DNA of 56,408 nt from a virus (Duplodnaviria > Heunggongvirae > Uroviricota > Caudoviricetes): IMG/VR virus record IMGVR_UViG_3300026549_002476; one strand, given 5' to 3'. Position numbers and translations under genes: made by a program. This document shows positions 27,262-37,441 of this stretch, piece after piece. Numbering within the stretch: the stretch's first letter is position 1; each line of letters opens with the position of its first letter. The notes beneath the pieces were generated by a model, which worked only from the letters and a program-made list of their open reading frames with translations, was not told where the DNA came from and searched no databases.

Positions 27262-28845
27262 ATGCATTACTTAAAAAGTTATTTTAGAAATAAAAAGAAT
27301 ATCAAATGGTACATATTTTTCTTACTTTTATTGGCAGAAATATGTGTACAATACTTGCTTGCAAAAGACGGAGACTTAGATTTTATATGGCATTATAAAA
27401 CAGGTGAGAGGATTGTACTTGAGCATAAAATACCAATGGACAATTCTTTTACTTGGCAAACAGGAACAACTTGGAATCAACACGAGTGGCTATTTGATGT
27501 AATATTTTATTCATTTGTCAAATGCTTTGGACTATTTGGAGACCTTGGGCTTTGGTATTTGATAAATGCTATAGGTGTAACAGCTTGTTTAGCTATTGCT
27601 AAACCTAAGCATCCTAACTTGTTTTTGTTTATCACTGCATTCACTATGATTATAATGGATACAGTACCAAGTTGTAGACCATCATTGTTGACAAATTATT
27701 TATTTGCTTTTTGGGTTTGGTTATATTATAAAAATAAAGATACAATGAAGAGACTTGTGGCATCAGCTATAATGGGATTGTTTATAGCTAATTTTCATGG
27801 CGGAAACATAGGATTCTTTGTTGTAATTTATTTGATTTTAATTGCTATTGATGTTGTATTTGATCTAAGAAATGGTGAAAGTAGCTTAAATAAATATAGA
27901 ACTACTTTTGGATGCATTCTTGTGTTTCTTGGGGCAAGTTGTATGTGCCCATTAGGGTATAAAATCATAACTAATAGTCTTGACATTAGTGGCTTGGAAT
28001 CAACCGGATATATAAATGAATGGCAACCTAAGGGATTTGGATATACAGAAGCATGTGTTTATTTAGCTATTATTATTTCTTTTGGATACACAATATATAA
28101 GAATAAATTTGATAGAAAACAGACTAGTCAGATGCTTATAGTAACAGCACTTGCAGTGTTAAGCATGGTAATAACAAGATGTACACAGCAATTTTGGATT
28201 GCCTGGGTATGTTTTGGGATGCAATATACAATTGATTTCTTCTATGATTTCTTCTTAGCTTTTAAGAGAGGCATTAAGAGGTGGCTGATGATCTTGAAGT
28301 CTAAAGATGGAACAATAGATGAAGCAGCTTTGGATGTAGTTAAACCAAAGAAAAGAAAAGAAGCAAATGCAGTATTTGTAGCCTGTATATTTTCTGCAGT
28401 ATACACACTATTTGCTTGTATGACATATACTGTATATAGCCAGAGTAAATATAAAACTTTCAATGATCTTGTAGATGGAAGAGTATCTAAAACTTGTTTG
28501 GAAGCTATTGAGAAGAATTATGTAGACGGAGAGACAAAGATACTTAATCCATATAGTGATGGAAACGTTTTAATTTATCATAATATAAAGGTATTTTGTG
28601 ATTCTAGGCAGTCTCCATATGATAATGATACAAATAATTCATTAATTACACTTATGAAACTTGGGCGTAAGACTAAGGATGAAATAGATGCAGATTTTAA
28701 GAAGTACGATTTCAATATGGTATGGACAACTACTGAACTTCCATTGGACATGTATATGGAAACAAGGGATGACTTTAAAAGAATTGCATACGATAAAGAT
28801 AAAAAATCATCTGTATATATAAAAATAGATAAAGATGGTAAATAA
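27262..28845 (+). CDS. Polytopic membrane protein, GT-C-fold glycosyltransferase-like
   Basis: About 12 hydrophobic segments. First extracytoplasmic loop DGDLDFIWHYKTGE.I.....P.DNSFTW....W..HEWL. Also NFHGG, YINEWQP, and C-terminal KVFCDSR..PY. Confidence 0.6.
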   Translation: MHYLKSYFRNKKNIKWYIFFLLLLAEICVQYLLAKDGDLDFIWHYKTGERIVLEHKIPMDNSFTWQTGTTWNQHEWLFDVIFYSFVKCFGLFGDLGLWYLINAIGVTACLAIAKPKHPNLFLFITAFTMIIMDTVPSCRPSLLTNYLFAFWVWLYYKNKDTMKRLVASAIMGLFIANFHGGNIGFFVVIYLILIAIDVVFDLRNGESSLNKYRTTFGCILVFLGASCMCPLGYKIITNSLDISGLESTGYINEWQPKGFGYTEACVYLAIIISFGYTIYKNKFDRKQTSQMLIVTALAVLSMVITRCTQQFWIAWVCFGMQYTIDFFYDFFLAFKRGIKRWLMILKSKDGTIDEAALDVVKPKKRKEANAVFVACIFSAVYTLFACMTYTVYSQSKYKTFNDLVDGRVSKTCLEAIEKNYVDGETKILNPYSDGNVLIYHNIKVFCDSRQSPYDNDTNNSLITLMKLGRKTKDEIDADFKKYDFNMVWTTTELPLDMYMETRDDFKRIAYDKDKKSSVYIKIDKDGK

Positions 28846-28869
28846 TATAGCGTTAGAGGGGATCAAGCA

Positions 28870-30612
28870 ATGGCATCTGTATTCCAATGTAAAAATTGTG
28901 GTGGAAGGTTAATATATAAGCCAGATCAGAACATACTTGAGTGTGAGTCTTGTGGATCAAGGTTTAGTATACCAAAGGCATCAGAGAGATTAAGTCAAGC
29001 AGTAAGACTTGACAGTTATACTTGTCAGTCATGCGGAGCTGAGCTTGTAGCAAGTGATGGACAGGTAGCAACATTTTGTCCTTATTGCGGTAATCAGAGC
29101 CTTGTTCCATCACAGAATACTGCTAAAATCCCAAAGATGATAGTTCCGTTTAGACTTACAGCAGCTGATGCTAAAAAAGCTTTTAAGCAAGCAATGGATG
29201 GTATAAGTATTTTACCAGATTCATATAAAGCGAATGCAGAGAATATAGCATTTTATGGGTATTATATACCATACTATAATTATTCGGTTACTGTTAATGC
29301 TAGTGGAAAAATGAAGTGCGAATTTGACATTGATTCATATGATGAGCATGATAGAAAGACATACAGAACAAAATATAAAGTAGACGGAAAATATAATATT
29401 CAAAATTACCCAATGGAAATTGTAGTTGACGGATCAACTTATCTTGATGACACATTAAGTAATAGCATAGCTGCAGATTACATGTCAAACTATCAAAATG
29501 TAAGGATGCAGAAGTTTGGAGCTAAGCTATGGAGAGGTAATTCAAACATAGTATATAATAATGTAATAAACCCAGAAAAATATAATCCAGCTTATTTAGC
29601 CGGGTTTATGACTGATGGTTCTGAAGTTGATCCGCATGTATATGATGACATGGTTAATAAAGAAGCAGTTAATGGCGTTAAACATATGATAGGCAGGAAG
29701 TTTAATAATTTTGCAGCACAGAATGGTTCAAGTATGCCATATGTTGAAGATGATAGGGATATGAATATTCAGACTAATATAAACGGATATCAAGAGGTAC
29801 TTATTCCAATATGGTTTTTCACATGGCATGACAAAAAGAATAAAAGAGTATCCTATGTAGCAATGAATGGCGTTGATGGGTCATTTTATGCTGATTATCC
29901 TATTGATTCTGGAAAAATACTGAAAAAGGTGGCAATAGCTTCAGTGATATGTACTATAATTAGTCTCATAGTTATGTCTTTTGCTAGCATGCCATTAGCA
30001 GCAACAATACAATTAGCTTCATTGCTTATGGGAGCAATTATATATTATTTAGCAGCTGTTGTTAGAAAGCAGGCGGCTACAGAACTTCACTTAAATGACC
30101 GTGGATACCAAGGTGAGCTTAAATATGATCCAAAAGACAGAGATAAGATAGCCAAGAAACTTCATGCATATGAGTATCAATATGATAAAAAAGGTAATAG
30201 TACTGAAGTTACATTATTGATGGCATTATCTGTTGTAATAGCACTTGGATTGGTTTTTGGTGCTATGGGAGTTTTTGGAAACGTTGGTAGGAATTTGCCA
30301 ATAATAGGTTTACTAGGAAATCTGATTATACTTAAACAGTTTATGAACCTTGTATATGCTGACAAATGGCTTACAGAAAAATCTAAAGCAGTAGGAACTA
30401 GCCTATTTGCTTTAATTTTAAGTATGTTTGGATGTACTGTGTTGCAAGTTATGATTGGAAATCAGACAGTTTGTATAATATATGCTTTGTTGTATGTAAT
30501 TACAACAATTAGATTAATTTTAAAGTTTTGCAGATTCTTAAATATTGCATCTACAAGGCCAATACCACATTTCTTTAAGAAGCAAGAAGGAGCAGTGAAA
30601 TACAATGCGTAG
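28870..30612 (+). CDS. Double zinc-ribbon membrane protein
   Basis: CKNCGG..CESCGS and CQSCGA..CPYCGN. IVPFRL, YYIPYY, PIWF...AMNG..G. Several C-terminal TM helices. Confidence 0.75.
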   Translation: MASVFQCKNCGGRLIYKPDQNILECESCGSRFSIPKASERLSQAVRLDSYTCQSCGAELVASDGQVATFCPYCGNQSLVPSQNTAKIPKMIVPFRLTAADAKKAFKQAMDGISILPDSYKANAENIAFYGYYIPYYNYSVTVNASGKMKCEFDIDSYDEHDRKTYRTKYKVDGKYNIQNYPMEIVVDGSTYLDDTLSNSIAADYMSNYQNVRMQKFGAKLWRGNSNIVYNNVINPEKYNPAYLAGFMTDGSEVDPHVYDDMVNKEAVNGVKHMIGRKFNNFAAQNGSSMPYVEDDRDMNIQTNINGYQEVLIPIWFFTWHDKKNKRVSYVAMNGVDGSFYADYPIDSGKILKKVAIASVICTIISLIVMSFASMPLAATIQLASLLMGAIIYYLAAVVRKQAATELHLNDRGYQGELKYDPKDRDKIAKKLHAYEYQYDKKGNSTEVTLLMALSVVIALGLVFGAMGVFGNVGRNLPIIGLLGNLIILKQFMNLVYADKWLTEKSKAVGTSLFALILSMFGCTVLQVMIGNQTVCIIYALLYVITTIRLILKFCRFLNIASTRPIPHFFKKQEGAVKYNA

Positions 30613-31480
30613 GAATGGTAAAATAATAATATTAATACTAGTAATTGGCTTATTATTGTGGCTGTTGCCAATCATTGTAATTACTATTGCAGCTTTTGTA
30701 GATCCAGATGGGAGCATAAAGTTTTTTAATGGCATTCAAGAAAAAATGGAAAGTTGGCTTGCTGAGTATGAACAGCAAGCAGATCAGAAAGCCTTAGAAG
30801 AAGGGTCGAAACTTGTAAAAACTCAAGATGACAAAGCAGTTTATTATACTGATAAGCAGTCTGGATATACTTGTGTAATAAGAGATGATGCCAAGATACT
30901 TAAAGATCCAGAAATGGTAGCTTATAGATCAGCTAACTTGTTAAAACATGGAAACATTGTAATTCACACTTATAATCCATCAGATGATGAATATGAATAT
31001 ACATATCAAGTATATGAAGAGTACTTTGATACAGATACAAGCGGTATTATTATTGAGATTAACTCAGAATATATCAATGACCCAGATTATCAGAAAGGAA
31101 ATTTATTAGTTTATGGTAACATAGAAAAAGATATGAATCATAATTTGATGGGATCTGAAAATGTTAGATGGGATATACTTGAGGAGGCAGAATCAATTAC
31201 AACTCCTGATGATTATATAAATTATATGGTAGCTCGAATATCAGAATATACTGATGGTAGCAAATATGAATATAATGCAGAGCCTGGAAGCATTGATTTA
31301 GCAGGAGTAATAATGATGTTTGTTTTAGGAATTTCAATAGCATCAGTTGGTGTATTTACATATGTATTGCTTCAATATTCAAAAGCTAGAAATGATGTGG
31401 CTGGAGTAACCAATCATTTTAGGATACCATATGAAATAAATGATAATGACATTAATTTTAGAATAACACATAAGTTTTAA
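30605..31480 (+). CDS. Membrane protein with TPM-like extracytoplasmic domain
   Basis: N- and C-terminal TM helices. VIRDDAKILKDPE resembles the TPM 'V.D.A.LL' start. Overlaps the zinc-ribbon gene. Confidence 0.5.
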   Translation: MRRNGKIIILILVIGLLLWLLPIIVITIAAFVDPDGSIKFFNGIQEKMESWLAEYEQQADQKALEEGSKLVKTQDDKAVYYTDKQSGYTCVIRDDAKILKDPEMVAYRSANLLKHGNIVIHTYNPSDDEYEYTYQVYEEYFDTDTSGIIIEINSEYINDPDYQKGNLLVYGNIEKDMNHNLMGSENVRWDILEEAESITTPDDYINYMVARISEYTDGSKYEYNAEPGSIDLAGVIMMFVLGISIASVGVFTYVLLQYSKARNDVAGVTNHFRIPYEINDNDINFRITHKF

Positions 31481-31502
31481 ATGCAGGAGTAATATTAATA
31501 TA

Positions 31503-33254
31503 ATGAGTATAAATAGAATAGATGTAGACTCTTTACCAGAGGAATACAAAGAAATTTATAAAAATACTATAATGCCTGTTGATACGAACATTAAGCTTGA
31601 GCAGGTTATATTAAGCGACGAGAATAAAAAGAAAATTAGCCGATTTAAGCATGAAATAGAAATGAGGGATACTCTTAGAAAATATGGTCTTGAACCAATG
31701 AACAGAGTATTGCTTTATGGTGCTTCTGGTACTGGTAAAACTTTCATGACAAAAGCACTTAGTAATGAACTTGGGTTTACAATGTTATACATTGATATTT
31801 CCAGAGCTCTTACTGAAGGAAATGTAGCTAGAAACATATCTGACATATTTAGGTTAGCTAATTATCTTGAGAATTGTATTATATTCCTTGATGAGTGTGA
31901 TTCTGTTGCATGGAGAAGAAATGATGTAAACAATAATGACTCAGCGAATATAAGAAGGGCTACAAACTCAATTTTCCAAAATTTGGATCAGATGAGCTAT
32001 AAGAACTTATTCTTTGCAGCAACAAACTTGGTAGATAGTTTGGATGATGCATTTAGACGAAGATTTAACTTGGAAATGAGATTCTACAGGCCACAGTTAA
32101 ATCTTGATGAGTCTATAAAGCATTTTTTAAATCCGATGTTTCAATTATTGGATGATGAGTCAAAGAAAGAAAAGGAAGTCATTCAAAGGCGTGCTTATAA
32201 CTCAGAAAGTTTAAGCTATTATGCCATTGAAAATGCCGTTAAAGAGGGTGAAAAGAAGTCTGTATTATCTGGTAGTAACATTGTAAGCACATCTGGTATA
32301 TATCAAGATTTGATGACAACGATGCATTTCACACTTAATACCGGAAATGCTATTACTAGAGATGATGTTCCTAAGAAATATCAAGATATTTGGGATAATG
32401 TTATAATGCATGTTGACACTAATATATCGCTTGATAGCGTTATACTTAGTGATGAAAACAAAAAGAAGATTTTAAGATTTCTTAAAGAAGTTGAATATAG
32501 AGATAAGTTAATTGAATATGGACTAGAGCCACAGAATAGAATCCTTATGTATGGAGCCTCTGGTACAGGTAAAACTTTTCTATCAAAGGCTTTATCAAAT
32601 ACACTTGGATATACAATGTTGTACGTTGATATTTCAAAGAGTTTATCAGAAGGAAATGTATCACAAAACATTTCTGATATATTTACTCTTGGCAATTATA
32701 TTGAAACGGCTATTATATTTCTTGATGAGTGTGATTCAGTTGCTTGGAATCGTGATGCAGGCAATGCAGACAATGGTGTAATTCGTAGAGCAACAAATAC
32801 AATCTTCCAAAACTTGGATCAGATGAATCAAAAATGCATATTTATTGCAGCTACGAACATGCTGCATAGATTGGATGCAGCTTTTGAAAGACGATTCAAT
32901 GTAAAAATGAAGTTTACAAGACCAGAGCTTGACATAGATGAAGCTATTCATCATTTTATGTATCCAAAGTTTAGAATTATTGACAATACTCCTGATGACA
33001 TAAAGGAGATTGTTAAAAAGCGTGCTAAACAAAATGCTAAACTTAGCTATTATGAGATTGAAGAAATAGTTAAGGAAGGTATGAAGCGTGCAGTATTGAA
33101 TGATACTGATGTTGTTTATACACTAGACATATATAATGATTTGCAAACTTCAATGCACTTTAAGATTAAACATCAGACTGGCGATGATGATCCAGAAATA
33201 TTTAGGAATAATTCTAGTTATGATCCAGCACCAGATGAAGAAATATACATTTAA
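31503..33254 (+). CDS. Tandem-duplicated AAA+ ATPase
   Basis: Two copies each of Walker A GASGTGKT, Walker B IIFLDECD and SRH AATN...LD.AF.RRF. Confidence 0.9.
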   Translation: MSINRIDVDSLPEEYKEIYKNTIMPVDTNIKLEQVILSDENKKKISRFKHEIEMRDTLRKYGLEPMNRVLLYGASGTGKTFMTKALSNELGFTMLYIDISRALTEGNVARNISDIFRLANYLENCIIFLDECDSVAWRRNDVNNNDSANIRRATNSIFQNLDQMSYKNLFFAATNLVDSLDDAFRRRFNLEMRFYRPQLNLDESIKHFLNPMFQLLDDESKKEKEVIQRRAYNSESLSYYAIENAVKEGEKKSVLSGSNIVSTSGIYQDLMTTMHFTLNTGNAITRDDVPKKYQDIWDNVIMHVDTNISLDSVILSDENKKKILRFLKEVEYRDKLIEYGLEPQNRILMYGASGTGKTFLSKALSNTLGYTMLYVDISKSLSEGNVSQNISDIFTLGNYIETAIIFLDECDSVAWNRDAGNADNGVIRRATNTIFQNLDQMNQKCIFIAATNMLHRLDAAFERRFNVKMKFTRPELDIDEAIHHFMYPKFRIIDNTPDDIKEIVKKRAKQNAKLSYYEIEEIVKEGMKRAVLNDTDVVYTLDIYNDLQTSMHFKIKHQTGDDDPEIFRNNSSYDPAPDEEIYI

Positions 33255-33277
33255 TTGGTGATTGAAAGGCTCATATT

Positions 33278-33802
33278 TTGAACATGAAAAAATCAATTTT
33301 AAAAAATGGGCAAAGTTATATCTTTGCAATAATGATTGGAATTGTACTAGCCATTATACTTAACAAATTCATCATAATGAATGCTAGAATACCAAGTGGA
33401 TCAATGTTAAATACAGTAGATGATCCTTCAAATATAATTATAAGTAGATTATCTTATAAAACAAATGATCCACAGAGGGGAGATATAATAGCATTTCATT
33501 TTCCAGATAATGAAACTGTATTTTTCTTAAAGAGAGTCATAGGAATTCCTGGTGATACAGTTGAAGGAATAGATGGAGTGGTTTATATCAATGGAGAACC
33601 AATAGATGAGCCATATGTAAAAGAAAAATGGACAGGTGATTTCGGGCCATACAAAGTTCCAGATGATTGTTACTTTGCTATGGGGGATAACCGAAATAAT
33701 AGTTATGATTCAAGGTACTGGGATCATACATTTGTTAAAAGAGAAGAAATTATGGGAAAGGCCATTTTTGAATATTATCCAACCTTAAAAAAATTAAAAT
33801 AG
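33278..33802 (+). CDS. lepB: Signal peptidase I
   Basis: TM helix, IPSGSM (catalytic Ser), LKRVIG.PGD (catalytic Lys), GDNRNNSYDSRYW. Confidence 0.92.
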   Translation: MNMKKSILKNGQSYIFAIMIGIVLAIILNKFIIMNARIPSGSMLNTVDDPSNIIISRLSYKTNDPQRGDIIAFHFPDNETVFFLKRVIGIPGDTVEGIDGVVYINGEPIDEPYVKEKWTGDFGPYKVPDDCYFAMGDNRNNSYDSRYWDHTFVKREEIMGKAIFEYYPTLKKLK

Positions 33803-33877
33803 CCTATTTATAATAAAGGTGTAATTTTTTAAAATTGCTTTTTGATTTTAATTTTAATTTAAGGTGGAGGTATTAAG

Positions 33878-34606
33878 ATGTCAGTTGTAGATGAAAATGT
33901 TATGAACGCCGCACTTGTAGCTCAGATGCTTAAGGAAATGGACGAAGCAAGCGAGAATGATTCAAGCGATCTTGAGTGCATTCCTGATGGACTCGGGTCA
34001 GATGCAGACGTACTTAGTGCAGTTAGAAGAGCACAGGAAGATGATAGTTTAGAAGGAACTAAAAGGTCTAAGACATCAAAAACCACTAAATCACATGGTA
34101 AGACAAATAAAAGTACAGAAGAGTGTGATTTTACTTATACAGGAATGAAGCCAATTATTGATCCGATAGATGAGCTTCCAGAGTTTGTGAATCTTCCTAA
34201 GGATATGACAGTAACAGTTAATTTTAAAGAACATGACATTCCATATAAGGATCAGCTGTGGGGAATTCCGAGAAGAACTGTGGAATATATTGTAGAGCTT
34301 ATTAAATATCAGATGGGTGCAGCAAGAGCAGCTAGAGAATTTAGGGGATGTAAAGATGATACAGATGAAAAGGATGCAAAGACTGGGAAGGTTAGATATT
34401 ACAGAGTTGTAAGTTACCTAGAAAACCTTCCGTTTAGAGATAGATATATTGCATACATTAGAGTTATTAATAAGAATAATAAAATTTATGCTTCTTACTG
34501 TCTTACTAATGATTCAAGAAGTTCAATGGATACAAATGAACTTGAAAAGTCTTTGAATAATATTATTGAAAGGATTCAGGCAACTAAAATTGGAACAGAA
34601 CGATAA
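33878..34606 (+). CDS. Hypothetical protein
   Basis: 242-aa ORF with a strong GGAGG RBS and an acidic N-terminus. Confidence 0.7.
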   Translation: MSVVDENVMNAALVAQMLKEMDEASENDSSDLECIPDGLGSDADVLSAVRRAQEDDSLEGTKRSKTSKTTKSHGKTNKSTEECDFTYTGMKPIIDPIDELPEFVNLPKDMTVTVNFKEHDIPYKDQLWGIPRRTVEYIVELIKYQMGAARAAREFRGCKDDTDEKDAKTGKVRYYRVVSYLENLPFRDRYIAYIRVINKNNKIYASYCLTNDSRSSMDTNELEKSLNNIIERIQATKIGTER

Positions 34607-35192
34607 AGAAGAAAAACACATACATCCATTATTAATTATTATAGCTGTTGTATTGGGGTCTTTGGCATTTTTAATGATTATTGGAAACGGGTTTACTTCT
34701 GGTTTAACATTGGGAAGTTCAAGTAGCGAAAATCAGATAAAGGAATTTGATAGCATTGAGAAGGCTAGTAACACATTGGCATTTTCAATTAATGTTCCAG
34801 AAGATGTTAAAAATCAGCCAAATATCAAGATAGAAACAGTGTCAAATCAAATGTTACAGGTGTATAATGATAAGTTCATATTTAAAGCTGCAGCATTTGT
34901 TGATTATAGTGCAGACCCTTTAGGCTTATACGAAACAGCTGGAATAGATAATAAATACTATGTGAACTACGATTCAACTGGATATGAATTTTTTAGGTAT
35001 AGAAATGGATATCCGGATTACCCAAATTCAAAGATTTTAAACTGGGTATATGATGGAACAGCATATGGAATATTAGTTGAGTCTAAAATGACTGAAGATG
35101 ATGCATTGGCAATGTTAGGTTTAACCAGAGATGATCTAACCGAAATTACTGAAGATAATAGCACTACTAGCTCAGATGCAACTACTGAGTAG
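34566..35192 (+). CDS. Membrane-anchored hypothetical protein (start uncertain)
   Basis: One TM helix (PLLIIIAVVLGSLAFLMIIG), then EFDSIEKASNTLAFSINVP (DUF4367-like start). Confidence 0.6.
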   Translation: MKGFRQLKLEQNDKEEKHIHPLLIIIAVVLGSLAFLMIIGNGFTSGLTLGSSSSENQIKEFDSIEKASNTLAFSINVPEDVKNQPNIKIETVSNQMLQVYNDKFIFKAAAFVDYSADPLGLYETAGIDNKYYVNYDSTGYEFFRYRNGYPDYPNSKILNWVYDGTAYGILVESKMTEDDALAMLGLTRDDLTEITEDNSTTSSDATTE

Positions 35193-35371
35193 TCAAATTA
35201 AGCTTGTGAAACACTAAGAGTAACTACTTAGTTGTTTCAATTTAATGTTATCTTGGTGCTTTGACCTTTAATGAAACATTAGGTTTACAAAGATTCATAA
35301 GAATTAAAAATTAAAAATGATGAAATATCTTTTGCACCTAGGAAAAACATTAAAAGTAGAGGTTATTAAAT

Positions 35372-35668
35372 ATGGAAAATAAGATTTTAGAGAAGAAGCT
35401 TGTAAAGATTGAGGGTGTAAATTGTAAGCTATATGATATTAAAAAAAGTACTAACAAGATATTAAAGAATGGGGCTTTTGTATATAAATTTGGGCCAGAT
35501 GGCTTCAGATTTGAAAGATTTGATACAATTGATGATGCTGTCAGATGTGCTGTTCAACTTGAGGGTGCAGAAGTATTAGTAGACGGTAAGGAGATTAAAT
35601 ATTGTGTTTTTGATAGAACTTCTGCTGTTTACTTTGAAAACAATGATATTTATGAGGTAGAATTTTGA
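35372..35668 (+). CDS. Hypothetical protein
   Basis: 98-aa ORF with GAGG RBS. Confidence 0.65.
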   Translation: MENKILEKKLVKIEGVNCKLYDIKKSTNKILKNGAFVYKFGPDGFRFERFDTIDDAVRCAVQLEGAEVLVDGKEIKYCVFDRTSAVYFENNDIYEVEF

Positions 35669-35686
35669 TTAGGAGAATGTACTAAA

Positions 35687-36262
35687 ATGATGAATATTAT
35701 ACATAATGGAAATACAACAGTTGCTATTGATAATAATTGTACACATGATGCACTTGATCATGTGCAGAAGGTATTTGAGAGTTCAACAGGGTCTATTAAG
35801 AATAACATTGATTCTTTAACAACTGGTGTTCCTGAAGCACCAAAAGCATTTATGCCAAACACTATTAGTGCTGTTGTAAGGTGCCATGAAGGTGATACTT
35901 ATTCAGAGGATGTAGGGACTGATGAAGCTGTTAAGAAAGCAATGTTTAAGCATCATAAGGCTTTTAAGAAAGCACTTTTAGATTGGCAGAGAGCGATTGT
36001 TAAGGATATAGTAGCTGTGTCTCCAGATACTTTTGGGAAGGCTATTAGAGAAGCTATTGGAAATTCTAAAGCACTTAAAACTGCAATTAGAAAAGAAGCA
36101 AAGCAGGTAAATGAGCTAAGTAAGCATAAGGAAGTTGATATTGAGCTTAAGATTAATGATATGCTAATTGAGTGGCAGAGGGAGATTATCAAGGGTGTTA
36201 TTAGTGCATCTCCTGAAACTTTTGATGAAGCCTTAAAGCAAGCAACAGAAAGCCAAAAATAG
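35687..36262 (+). CDS. Phage-type hypothetical protein with an internal duplication
   Basis: AVVRCHEGDTYSEDVG..EAVKKA motif. Repeated segments LLDWQRAIVKDIVAVSPDTFGKAIREA / LIEWQREIIKGVISASPETFDEALKQA. Confidence 0.65.
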   Translation: MMNIIHNGNTTVAIDNNCTHDALDHVQKVFESSTGSIKNNIDSLTTGVPEAPKAFMPNTISAVVRCHEGDTYSEDVGTDEAVKKAMFKHHKAFKKALLDWQRAIVKDIVAVSPDTFGKAIREAIGNSKALKTAIRKEAKQVNELSKHKEVDIELKINDMLIEWQREIIKGVISASPETFDEALKQATESQK

Positions 36263-36299
36263 GTAGCAATCGAACAATAATAAGAAGGTAAATAAACCT

Positions 36300-37172
36300 A
36301 TGAAAGTAGTTAAATTAGCAGGATTTAGTTGTATTACAGATATTCCTGATAAAGAACTTAGTATTGATAAAACGCTTAATTGTGGACAAGCATTCAGATG
36401 GAATAAGTTGAACAATGGTTCTTGGGAGGGTGTTATCAATGGAAAGATTGTGATGCTCACCCAAGGAGTTGTTGAAGAGACAAATAAGAATGGAATTATA
36501 ACAAATTTAAATGAAGAGGACACTAAAAATATATTAATTCCATATCTAGACCTAGATACAAACTACCAAGAAAAACTTTCAAAGATCCAGATGAATGATT
36601 TTGAGAAGCAATGCTGTGAATGTGGTCTTGGCATTCATATTTTAAGACAGGATCTTTTGGAAATTATGATTACATTCTTAATGAGTCAGTTTAATAGCAT
36701 GAGAAATATTAGATTGATCATTAAGCATATTTGTGAAAATTACGGAAATAAATTGACAGTAAATTGGGTAGGACAAGAGGTAACAGATTATTCATTTCCA
36801 AACATTGAAAAACTTTCTACATTAACATACAGAGACTGTTACGACGTATGTAGAATGGGTCTGAGATCACAGTATTTTGTTGAAATGATACAGACTTTAA
36901 AAGAGCATCCTGAAATACTTGATAAGTTAAAAAACGCTAGCTATAATGAAGCAATGAAAATCCTTACTAATTTCGATGGTATAGGAGTCAAGGTTGCAAA
37001 TTGCATTTGTTTATTTGCTTTACATCATACAGAAGCATTTCCGATAGATGTTCATATTAAGAGAATTATTGATGAGCATTTTGATGGTAACCTTGATTTT
37101 AAAAAGTATGGTGACATGGCTGGAGTTATGCAACAGTACATGTATTATTATCAAGCTTTTAAGATGAGGTAA
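36300..37172 (+). CDS. 8-oxoguanine DNA glycosylase (OGG1-like, HhH-GPD)
   Basis: TLNCGQAFRW, GIHILRQD..E..ITFL.SQ.N, G.R, FDGIGVKVANCICLFAL (catalytic Lys), AFPIDVHI (catalytic Asp). Confidence 0.9.
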   Translation: MKVVKLAGFSCITDIPDKELSIDKTLNCGQAFRWNKLNNGSWEGVINGKIVMLTQGVVEETNKNGIITNLNEEDTKNILIPYLDLDTNYQEKLSKIQMNDFEKQCCECGLGIHILRQDLLEIMITFLMSQFNSMRNIRLIIKHICENYGNKLTVNWVGQEVTDYSFPNIEKLSTLTYRDCYDVCRMGLRSQYFVEMIQTLKEHPEILDKLKNASYNEAMKILTNFDGIGVKVANCICLFALHHTEAFPIDVHIKRIIDEHFDGNLDFKKYGDMAGVMQQYMYYYQAFKMR

Positions 37173-37441
37173 TGATTATGATTAAAAAGTATATTATTTT
37201 TTATAGACATGAAGACGTTGAAGATTTTGTAAAAGCAATTAGTAAGTATGATGTAACTGCAGACATAGCTCTTGGTTCTTCTGTGATAGTTGATGCCAAG
37301 TCAATAATGGGTGTTACATCTTTACAGCTGGGAAAGAGATTGAAACTCATTCTACATACTGAAGATACTAAATTTGCAGATGAAATCTTCGAAAGTATTA
37401 ATAAATACATTTGGAAGGAAGATGAACCATGGCAAAGCTAA
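37172..37441 (+). CDS. HPr-like protein
   Basis: VDAKSIMGVTSL (Ser46-region signature) and DVEDFVK. The GLHARP His15 motif is absent. Confidence 0.75.
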   Translation: MIMIKKYIIFYRHEDVEDFVKAISKYDVTADIALGSSVIVDAKSIMGVTSLQLGKRLKLILHTEDTKFADEIFESINKYIWKEDEPWQS

